From: Zygnema circumcarinatum SAG 698-1b
Taxonomy: Eukaryota > Plantae > Zygnematophyceae
Direction of reading: 5' to 3'
NCBI GenBank assembly: GCA_037447605.1
Contig: CM074822.1
Span: 19,292-83,291, forward strand
DNA: 64,000 nucleotides
Part shown: piece by piece, positions 1-8,964 of the stretch
How the letters are laid out: each line of letters begins with the position of its first letter
Position numbering within the stretch: position 1 is the stretch's first letter
Program-made: the position numbers and the translations under genes
The notes under the pieces: generated by a model
What the model saw: the letters and a program-made list of their open reading frames with translations, nothing else
What the model was told of the DNA's origin: nothing
Database searches by the model: none

Positions 1-573
1 ACAGCCGGATGACCATGATGTATTTGTGACTTTGTGTCCTGAGCATCTAAATGTGATTCCATTCTCGATTTCCTTAATCGTGACTCCTGACTCTTTCATG
101 AATGTTGTGATGAATGGAGAACAATTTTGACCTGCTTGGATTTTGAACCGTCCGTACAGTCGTACGGTGTAGCCGTACGGATTCGTACCACCCGTACGGA
201 CGGTACGGACTGACGGCGATTCTGCGGCGTCGCGCGTCGCGTTCGAGATCGGAACGCGACCACGACCGCCGGTCGCTATACGGAGTGACGTGTCACGGTC
301 ACACATTGGGAATGCTGGTGACCGTGACCGGCCTCTCATACAACTGGCATTGGACCAGCCGATTGGCCACGTGGCATAGCGCCATTGGCTAGCCCTGCTC
401 CCGGTCCCTTACGCTGGTAAAGGGTTCGACGGGGGGAGCGTATAAGGGGCGTGGGATGAATGCAAGAGGGGGTCCTGGGAAGGGGGCACTTGCAATTGTT
501 CCAGAAACCAGCATTACGTTTAAGTGACTTAGTCTCTAGCAGGCTTTGGGTGTTGTGCTCAAGGCTTGTTACA
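1..573. mobile_element. Probable terminal part of an LTR from a third retroelement, inserted in the host copia protease region
   Basis: Homology to the copia internal sequence (574-689 vs 3105-3221) stops abruptly at ...GCTTGTTACA (573), an LTR-like end. There is a TATA-like TATAAG at 441, a G-box at 366-375 and a CCGTAC cluster at 151-208. The other end and the TSD are not visible. Confidence 0.4.
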
Positions 574-689
574 TCAGGGGTGTGAAGTACGTCACCGATG
601 CACAACCGCTCTTCTCTTTCTTCTTCGTAGATGACAGAGCCGTCTCCGAGGATCATCTTTACTACTCCTCCTTTTGTAACTGTCACTCC
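574..689 (-). mobile_element. Continuation of the host copia pol (protease-region) sequence beyond the nested insertion
   Basis: Translates as VTVTKGGVVKMILGDGSVIYEEEREERLCIGDVLHTPD, a diverged homologue of 3105-3221, which precedes DVLHTPDLKQNFMSVSQV. Confidence 0.75.
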
Positions 690-1119
690 TGTTGAAGCAG
701 GGGTCTGCTCCCCACTTCCGGCGCCACCTCGGGTGTCGCCCTCCATTGGAACTTGAGTTCTCACGGATGAAGACATTCAAACACTCAAAGCTCTATCTTA
801 CTTCACTCATCGCCCATAACAACAGAATGAAGCTAAAAGACAAGCACAGCGGAAATCACAATGAGAGAGTGTTAGGAGAAAGCTCACAGCTCTAAAACTC
901 CTTATAATAAAACTGTCTTCCCACAATGAAGTTCTCCCACCACTTCAAGGTCCCTCTTACTCACTACCTCACGACACAAGTGTAGGCAGCCTAGCAGCAC
1001 GAGCAGGTTCTGAGTAAGACCCAAGACTATGACAGAGTAGTGTAGGTGGTGTTTTTTCCATAATAAAACTACGCACTATATAATATGGCGTCCGTGACGT
1101 GACACACATGTCACGTCCC
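690..1119 (-). repeat. 3' LTR of the nested copia element (truncated by the N gap)
   Basis: Begins TGTTGAAGC at 690 and matches 4294-4723, with only two differences seen by eye. Confidence 0.9.
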
Positions 1120-1129
1120 NNNNNNNNNN

Positions 1130-4100
1130 GCGGTCTTGATATCAAGTTGATGTACGTGCATCCCCTCGGCCGCTGCAATCGATATTAGGGCACGGAGGGA
1201 GTTGAACTTCACCACGGGGGCGAAGGTCTCCGTGTAGTCGATTCCGTACGCCTGGCTGAAGCCCTTTGCCACCAGACGCGCCTTGTAACGGTCGACGCTC
1301 CCGTCCGCCTTTCGCTTCACCTTGAACACCCACTTGCATCCAATGGCCCTCCTTCCCCTCGGCAGCTCCTCAAGTCGCCACGTGCCGTTCTCTAGCAAAC
1401 TGTCCCACTCGCTGTCAATCGCTGCTCGCCACTTCTCTCCATCGACCCCGTCGTGCGCCTCCTCAAAGGTTTGCGGTTCGGTGATCATGAAACAGTGGGC
1501 AGCTCCCGCGAGGTCCGCTGAGTCTGTAGGCACTCTTTCCTGTACTAGATTAGTCTGTGAAGGCCTGTAGTGATCAGGCCTCCTCACCACACGGGTGCTC
1601 CTCCGAGGTCCTTGCGCTCTCCGGCTCCTCGTGTTGAAGAAAATCCCCGGGACAAACCCGGGAGGCATGCTCGACAACATAGCCTCTTTTCTCGGCCGTC
1701 TCAATCCTCCGGACTCACACGCCCATGCAAAGGAGATGCGGTTTAGGCCGAGTTCTCCTGCGTCGGACGGTGAGTGTGTAGTGGTGCGTCTCGCGTTGAA
1801 GGTTGCGGCTCCCGGCTCGCGACTCCCAGCTGCGGCTCCTGGGGATTGACTCCCCGCGGCCGCTTCCGCGTTAGAAGCGTTGCTTCAAGCTTCGACTCGG
1901 CGCTCTGGTCGATCTCTCCCTCACATTTGTGACACGAGGCGTCCATGCCCTCTTAAGCTGGTCTCCACATCCTCGTACACGATTTCCAAACTGCCTTTGG
2001 GGTCTTGGTCTCACCTAATAGGAGTCACGCCCCTTCTAGTCCATGCGTCTCTCGGAAACTCACGCACTTCGTTTGCTCCGAGGATTCGCTACCATTGAGT
2101 GCAGCCCATCCATGTTGTAGCAGAAGGTACCCTTCCACGGCTCGGGGGTCGAACTTTCTCTTCTGCCTCGCTTTCGGCACTGTCGACCAGTAGCGCGCTC
2201 CAAAGGTCTTCAGGTGGGACACCGTGGGTTTCCTCCCACTCCACACCTCTTCAGGAACCTGATCTTTAAGCACAGAAGATGGGCATCTATTTCTAAGGTA
2301 AGTTGCGGTCATCACCGCCTCTCCCCAAAAGGATGCCGGGAAGGCGGAATCTATCAGCATGGTACATGCCATGTCCCCCGGCGTCCTATTGACCTCTCGG
2401 CAGCTCCATTACTTTGAGGGGTAGAGCGGAAAATTCATGCCTTATTCCGCGAGCCTTTAAGTACCCGCCGAACTCCTTCGACTTGAATTCCCCTCCGTTG
2501 TCTGAGCGCAGCGTCTTCAGTTTCTGACCGCTCTCTCGCTCCATCTGAGTCTGCCAATCTCTGAAAGCTCCGAAAGCTTCAGACTTGTACTTGAGAATTT
2601 TCACCCAATTTTCCTCGAAAAATCATCAAGGAAGGTGATGAAGTAGCGAGCTCCTCCACTCGTTGCCGGTGTCACGGGGCCACACAAATCGGTATGTACC
2701 AATTCCAGTTTCTCCTGCGCGTGAAATGACTCCTCTCCACTCCTCGAAAAGGGTCTCCGATGCGCCTTCCCCTCTACACACTCTTTGCAAAAGCCTAGCT
2801 CCTTCTCAACTATGTCAATGTCTAACCCGCGTACCAGCCCCCTTGTAGCAAGCTGTTGCAGTCCCCTATGGTTTAGATGACCAAGTCTACGATGCCAGAG
2901 ATTTACTGCACCCTCAGTTACGGCCATCACACCCTCATCTTCTTCTCTCCTATAATGAAGGTAATATAGGCCTCCCTTCTCGTACCCCTCAAACAGCCGC
3001 TTCCCCGACTCCAAGTGAGTGGCTACGCAAGACTTCTCCTTAAAGGTGACTTCGTACCCCCTCTTACATACTTGACTAACAGACATGAAGTTCTGTTTCA
3101 GGTCAGGGGTGTGAAGTACGTCACCGATGCACAACCGCTCTTCTCTTTCTTCTTAGTAGATGATGGCCGAGCCGTCTCAGGGATCATCTTTCTTACTCCT
3201 CCTTTAAATGCTTGTCACTCCTCTCCGGTTGCCGAGTGAGCGGTCGGGTCCTCCAAGGTGTCCGGCGTAGAGAACATTAAGCTTGTCGCCACACGTAATG
3301 CGTGGGCGCGGAGGAGTCGATCGTACATGGCGGCGGATCATAACCTGGATCTTCCCAACAAAATCAGAATGTTCAGTCAGCATGAGATTCGTCTCCACCG
3401 CCACTCTGCAATCTGTGCTCTTGTGGCCTCGCTTCTTGCATTTGAAGCAGATTCCCTTGAATCCCTTCTTGACGGATGACGATGCTCCTCCACCCCGATC
3501 TTGGGTGTTCTTGTTCTTGTAACAGTCGGCCGAGAAGTGGCCCGTCTTGCCGCACGTGTAACACGCTCCCGCAGGGGCGTTCCCCACGGTCTGCTCTCGG
3601 CGCACTTCCTCTTCGAACTTGTCGTGAGTGCAACGCCAACACCTTCTCCACGGTGCCTCCAACGTCTTGGACAGTGTTCTCCTCCTTGATCCTTCGTTCC
3701 CTTGCTCAAGGGTCATCGGTGTTTGTTAGAGCAGTCTAAGAGGCTGCAAGCTACGCGCTACATCAGGTCGGCGGGGCAGTCCCCTAAGCCCGGCTGATTT
3801 TATGGTCTCCCTCTAACGGTTTTTGCAGCGCTATGAATCTCTCCATTAGAGTATCAAATCTGACCATATATTCACTCAGCTTCTCTTCCGAGGACATCTT
3901 CATTTTCCCAAGCTGCGTGTAAAGGCTGACTATCGTTACGTTATCCTTTACGTCATACATCTCCTCTAAGCATCTCCACATAGCATGTGAAGTCTTAAGG
4001 TCATACAGCATGGAAGAGGGACTTCCCCTCACGCTCATGACGATCTGGGTGAGGGCCTTGTTGTCCTTGGTCCTCCATCTGGCGAGCGCTGTGACGAACT

Positions 4101-4380
4101 CCGACTGCCGCTCCGCCATGGCTCCCTCCGGCTGCACCGGTGCCTTGATCGTGCCGTCAACGTACCCCAACAGCCCCTTGCCCACAAGCAAAGGAACCAG
4201 CCGCCATCTCCACCCCTTGTAGTCCGAACCATCGAACGCTGGGATGCTGAACTTCACGTGGTCCTCCTCGCCACCTTGGGCTCTGATACCACTTGTTGAA
4301 GCAGGGGTCTGCTCCCCACTTCCGGCGCCACCTCGGGTGTCGCCCTCCATTGGAACTTGAGTTCCCACGGATGAAGACAT
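1130..4380 (-). pseudogene. Copia gag-pol reading frame broken into several ORFs (3784-4380, 3204-3716, 2601-3134, 2386-2604, 2025-2372, 1111-1704)
   Basis: Consecutive domain fragments lie in different frames. The second half of RT and the RNase H domain fall in the gap. Confidence 0.85.
4280..4291 (-). promoter_or_regulatory. Primer-binding site complementary to initiator tRNA-Met
   Basis: TGGTATCAGAGC lies 2 nt after the LTR end ...TTCAACA; a second copy is at 6377-6388. Confidence 0.95.
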
Positions 4381-5304
4381 TCAAACACTCAAAGCTCTAT
4401 CTTACTTCACTCATCGCCCATAACAACAGAATGAAGCTAAAAGACAAGCACAGCGGAAATCACAATGAGAGAGTGTTAGGAGAAAGCTCACAGCTCTAAA
4501 ACTCCTTATAATAAAACTGTCTTCCCACAATGAAGTTCTCCCACCACTTCAAGGTCCCTCTTACTCACTACCTCACGACACAAGTGTAGGCAGCCTAGCA
4601 GCACGAGCAGGTTCTGAGTAAGACCCGAGACTATGACAGAGTAGTGTAGGTGGTGTTTTTTCCATAATAAAACTACGCACTATATAATATGGCGTCCGTG
4701 ACGTGACACACATGTCACGTCCCGTCCGCCATTGCAAACCCATGCACCGAGTCTGAGTGGGCGCACTCAGAAATAGCGACTAGCTAGCTGCCTCGTAAAC
4801 CTACGGCGGCGCCGACCTAGTTCTTGTCGGATCATTGCATCGCGTCCCAGGTACTGACTAGCCGTTCGCCCGGCCTCCTTAGCGCTGATCTTAAGCCCGT
4901 AGACATCTGTTGCGTACCTCGAACTTCGCGGACCCACATGGCGAGTGGTCCACGATTGGCGCATTCGGTTAGCCACCAAAAATCTTCCATGTGGATTTCG
5001 TAGCAACTTCTTTCAGCGTTTCGCTTGTCGCGTATCAGTCGTAGCGGCGTCACGACGCCGTAGTCGGCGGCCGGCCTCGACGATCAAAGTTCGCATTAGG
5101 TACTCCCTTACTTGTGTCACCACGCTGACCCAATCGGCGCTTTCGTTCGTTACTCAGCGCTTTTCATGGCGCACTCCTAAGTCGAACACCGACATTACTA
5201 AATCTAAGAGCACTACGCCTAGCAGATCTCATGTTCTACAAACTGAGTACCACAACAAGTTAGTGTGTGCCATACAATGTCTAACTATCATACACTAACA
5301 CTAA
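4294..5304 (-). repeat. 5' LTR of the nested copia element (~1010 bp)
   Basis: Aligns with 6391-7410 at both ends. The terminal TG appears eroded by 1-2 nt at about 5305. Confidence 0.9.
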
Positions 5305-7410
5305 ACTCTCCCACTATAGGTTGCGAGAGTGAGCAGTCTGATTATATACTCCCGAGGTGTCCGGTAAGAGAACATTAAGCTTGTCGCCACACGTAATGAG
5401 TAAGGCGCCCGGTCACGATCCAGCCATGGCAGCGGATCCATAGCGTGGATCTTCCCAACAAATAGAATATTTGGTCGGCATGAGATTCGTCTCCACCGCC
5501 ACTCTGCAATCCGTGCTCTTGTGGCCTCGCTTCTTGCATTTGAAGCAGATTCCCTTGAATCCCTTCTTGACGGATGACGATGCTCCTCCACCCCGATCTT
5601 GGGTGTTCTTGTTCTTGTAACAGTCGGCCGAGAAGTGGCCCGTCTTGCCGCACGTGTAACACGCTCCCGCAGGGCGTTCCCCACGGTCTGCTCTCGGCGC
5701 ACCTCCTCTTCGAACTTGTCGTGAGTGCAGCGCCAACACCTTCTCCTCGGTGCCTCCAACGTCTTGGACAGTGTTCTCCTCCTTGATCCTTCGTTTCACT
5801 TGCTCAAGGGTCATCACGGTGTTTGTTAGAACAGTCCTAAGAGCTGCAACTGCTACATCGAATCGGCCAGGCAGTCCCCCTAGAAACTGGCTGATTTTAT
5901 GGTCTCCCTCTAACGGTTTTTGCAGCGCTATGAATCTCTCCATTAGAGTATCAAATCTGACCATATATTCACTCAGCTTCTCTTTCGAGGACATCTTCAT
6001 TTTCCCAAGCTGCGTGTAAAGGCTGACTATCGTTACGTTATCCTTTACATCATACATCTCCTCTAAGCATCTCCACATAGCATGTGAAGTCTTAAGGTCA
6101 TACAGCATGGATGAGGGACTTCCCCTCACGCTCATGATGATCTGGGTGAGGGCCTTGTTGTCCTTGGTCCTCCATCTGGCGAGCGCTGTGTCGAACTCCG
6201 ACTGCTGCTCCGCCGTGGCTCCCTCCGGCTGCACCGGTGCCTTGATGGTGCCGTCAACGTACCCCAACAGCCCCTTGCCCACAAGCAAAGGAACCAGCCG
6301 CCATCTCCACCCCTTGTAGTCCGAACCATCGAACGCTGGGATGCTGAACTTCACGTGGTCCTCCTCGCCACCTTGGGCTCTGATACCACTTGTTGAAGCA
6401 GGGGTCTGCTCCCCACTTCCGGCGCCACCTCGGGTGTCGCCCTCCATTGGAACTTGAGTTCCCACGGATGAAGACATTCAAACACTCAAAGCTCTATCTT
6501 ACTTCACTCATCGCCCATAACAACAGAATGAAGCTACAAGACAAGCACAGCGGAAATCACAATGAGAGAGTGTTAGGAGAAAGCTCACGGCTCTAAAACT
6601 CCTTATAATAAAACTGTCTTCCCACAATGAAGTTCTCCCACCACTTCAAGGTCCCTCTTACTCACTACCTCACGACACAAGTGTAGGCAGCCTAGCAGCA
6701 CGAGCAGGTTCTGAGTAAGACCCGAGACTATGACAGAGTAGTGTAGGTGGGTTGCTTCCCATAATAAAACTACGCACTATATAATATGGCGTCCGTGACG
6801 TGACACACATGTCACGTCCCGTCCGCCATTGCAAACCCATGCACCGAGTCTGAGTGGGCGCACTCAGAAATAGCGACTAGCTAGCTGCCTCGTAAACCTA
6901 CGGCGGCGCCGACCTAGTTCTTGTCGGATCGTACATCCGTCCGTACAGTTTCGCCGTTTCGCCAGCGCTCCTTCGCAGTCTTCGCCCGCCGACATCTCGG
7001 CCGTACACTCGAACTCGCGGACCCACATCGCGAGTGGTCCACGTGGCGCATTCCGGTTCGCCGCCAAATATCTTCCATGTCGTTTCCGCGCCGCAACTTT
7101 GCGCTCCGCGTTTTGCGCCCGCGTCGCGACCAATCAGAGTCGCTCGCGTCCGTACTTCGCGAATCCGCGGCCGCGCCTCGACCAATCAAAGTTGCGCGTT
7201 CGTACTCCACTTACTTGTGTCACCGCCGCGACCAATCAGCGCCGCTCGTTCGTACTCCGCGCACTCGCGGCGCACTCACCAAAGTCAGAGCACCGACATT
7301 ACTAAATCTACGAGCACTACGCCTAGCAGATCTCATGTTCTACAAACTGAGTACCACAACAAGTTAGTGTGTGCCATATAATGTCTAACTATCATACACT
7401 AACACTAACA
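5305..7410 (-). mobile_element. 5' part of the host copia element: 5' LTR (6391-7410), PBS, gag and start of protease
   Basis: The LTR has TG...CA ends (TGTTAGTG...TTCAACA on the minus strand) and a PBS at 6377-6388. An intact gag ORF at 5413-6477 has two zinc knuckles and is near-identical to the nested copy's gag. Confidence 0.9.
5413..6477 (-). CDS. Copia Gag polyprotein (354 aa ORF)
   Basis: FSIPAFDGSDYKGWRWRL N-terminal motif, EKLSEYMVRF...FLGGLPGRFD capsid region and two CX2CX4HX4C knuckles. Confidence 0.85.
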   Translation of the reverse strand: MSSSVGTQVPMEGDTRGGAGSGEQTPASTSGIRAQGGEEDHVKFSIPAFDGSDYKGWRWRLVPLLVGKGLLGYVDGTIKAPVQPEGATAEQQSEFDTALARWRTKDNKALTQIIMSVRGSPSSMLYDLKTSHAMWRCLEEMYDVKDNVTIVSLYTQLGKMKMSSKEKLSEYMVRFDTLMERFIALQKPLEGDHKISQFLGGLPGRFDVAVAALRTVLTNTVMTLEQVKRRIKEENTVQDVGGTEEKVLALHSRQVRRGGAPRADRGERPAGACYTCGKTGHFSADCYKNKNTQDRGGGASSSVKKGFKGICFKCKKRGHKSTDCRVAVETNLMPTKYSICWEDPRYGSAAMAGS

Positions 7411-8404
7411 TCTTTGTCGTATCCGAAAAAAAATTTGAGTCAATTTGGCGTTTTCCTTATTCAATTATGGACCGTTTTGTGACACGAGCAACAGGTTTGC
7501 GTTCCTATACACGTCCACTCCGTTACATCTAACTTTTTTGTCTTTTTCTTTTTTTTTACTGAAATTTCTCAGCGTCATGCGACAATGCCTCTGCCGTATC
7601 CAAAAAAAGTTTGAGTCAATTTGGCGTTCTCCCTATTCAGTTATGGACCGTTTTGTGACTCGTGTTATAGGTTTGCGTTCCTATACACGTCTACTCCTTT
7701 ATATATAACTTTTTTGTCTTTTACTTTTTTGCACCGAAATTTCTCAACGTTACGCGACTGTGTGTGTGCCGTATCCAAAAAACGTTTGAGTCAATTTGGC
7801 GTTCTCCCTATTCAGTTATGGACCGTTTCGTGACTCGTGTAAGAGGTTTTTTTTCCTCCGTTACATATAACTTTTTTGTCTTTTACTTTTTTGCACCGGA
7901 ATTTCTGAGCGTCACGCGATAGTATGTCTGCCGTATCCAAAAAAAGTTTGAGTCAATTTGTCATTCTGTCTTTTCAGTTATGGACCGTTTTGTGACACGT
8001 GCAATTGGTTGCGTTCCTATACACGTCCACTCCGTTATATATTACTTTTTTGTCTTTTACTTTTTTGCACTGAAATTTCTCAACGTCATGCGACAGTGTG
8101 TCTGCCGTATCCAAAAGATGTTTGAGTCAATTTGGCGTTCTCCTTATTCAATTATGGACCATTTTGTTGACACGAGCAATAGGTTTGCGTTCCTATACAC
8201 GTCCACTCCGTTATATATAACTTTTTTGTCTTTTACTTTTTTGCACTGAAATTTCTCAGCGTCACGCGACAGTGTCTGCCGTATCCGAAAAAAGTTTGAA
8301 TCAATTTGGCGTTCTCCCTATCTAGTTATGGACCGTTTGTGACACGTGCAACAAATTTGCGTTCCTATATGTCCACTTTGTTATAAATAACTTTTTTGTC
8401 TTTT
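7411..8404. repeat. Tandem satellite, ~175-bp unit, ~5.7 copies
   Basis: The anchor GTATCC recurs at 7419, 7596, 7771, 7933, 8107 and 8281 (spacings 177, 175, 162, 174, 174). Units share TTTGAGTCAATTTGGCG and TTATGGACCGTT. Confidence 0.95.
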
Positions 8405-8964
8405 CTTAGTTTTTTTTTTTTTTTTCACTTTTTTCCCTCTTTTTTCTTTCTGAGGGTCGTTTTTGGGTTGAGGGTTTAGTGTTCAACCCGTTCAATAGCA
8501 ACCTGTTCAACACCGACCTGTTCAACAGCAACAGTTTATTTTTTATGGTTTTTTTGAAGGGTTTTTTCTGGATTTAAATTGAAGAGTTCAACCCTTTCAA
8601 CAGCAACAGTTACAACAGCAACCCTAAAAACCCTTAAAGCTGCTCGACCTCAGTGGCTTGGCGTTCAGCCACTCGACCCCAGTGGCTTGGCTTGGCTAAA
8701 TTTCCTAAAAACTCGTTTTGACGCGTGCTGCTGGTCTAAAAACCCTTGTGGATATAAGGACTGCGCTTTTTTTTTTATTATTTTGTGTCTCGCTCCCCCC
8801 TCTCTCCTCTCTCGCCCCTGTGGCAGTGTCGTCGCTCAACTAACTTTAGGCAGACACGTTGTTTCCGCTGTAGAAAAAAATGCAGGCATCGTCTAAAAGA
8901 CAACAGAGCGCACAAAAGAGAACAAGAAGGCCTACTTGAATGTTACAAGGATCTCCGGTCATAT

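Larger units (their letters stand above)
690..5304 (-). mobile_element. Ty1/copia LTR retrotransposon (younger, nested copy), interrupted by an assembly gap at 1120-1129
   Basis: 5' LTR at 4294-5304, PBS TGGTATCAGAGC at 4280-4291, 3' LTR remnant at 690-1119. Domain order is gag, two CCHC knuckles (CYTCGKTGHFSADC, CFKCKKRGHKSTDC), protease, GAG-pre-integrase (LWHRRLGHLN), integrase (VHTDLCGP, LRSDNGGEF, FWGEAVMTATYLRNR), RT (AIGCKWVFKVKRKADGSVDRYKARLVAKGFSQ). Integrase before RT defines copia. Confidence 0.95.

Noticed and set aside
1130-3800. Programmed frameshifting in copia gag-pol
   Set aside because: There are at least five breaks at non-conserved positions, with clustered noise versus the sister gag (e.g. 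3720-3790). This fits decay or consensus error. Copia elements normally use one ORF.
4294-7410. Gag-only (TR-GAG-like) element sharing its 3' LTR with a full-length copia, with TAGTGGGAGAG at 5306-5316 as its PPT
   Set aside because: The sequence on the far side of the inner element (574-689) continues the same reading frame with a near-TSD, and diagnostic LTR variants pair LTR1 with LTR2. A nested insertion explains everything without a shared LTR.
7411-8404. CRISPR-like array (also considered for 33185-34052)
   Set aside because: The units are contiguous full-length repeats without unique spacers, the context is eukaryotic and there are no cas genes.
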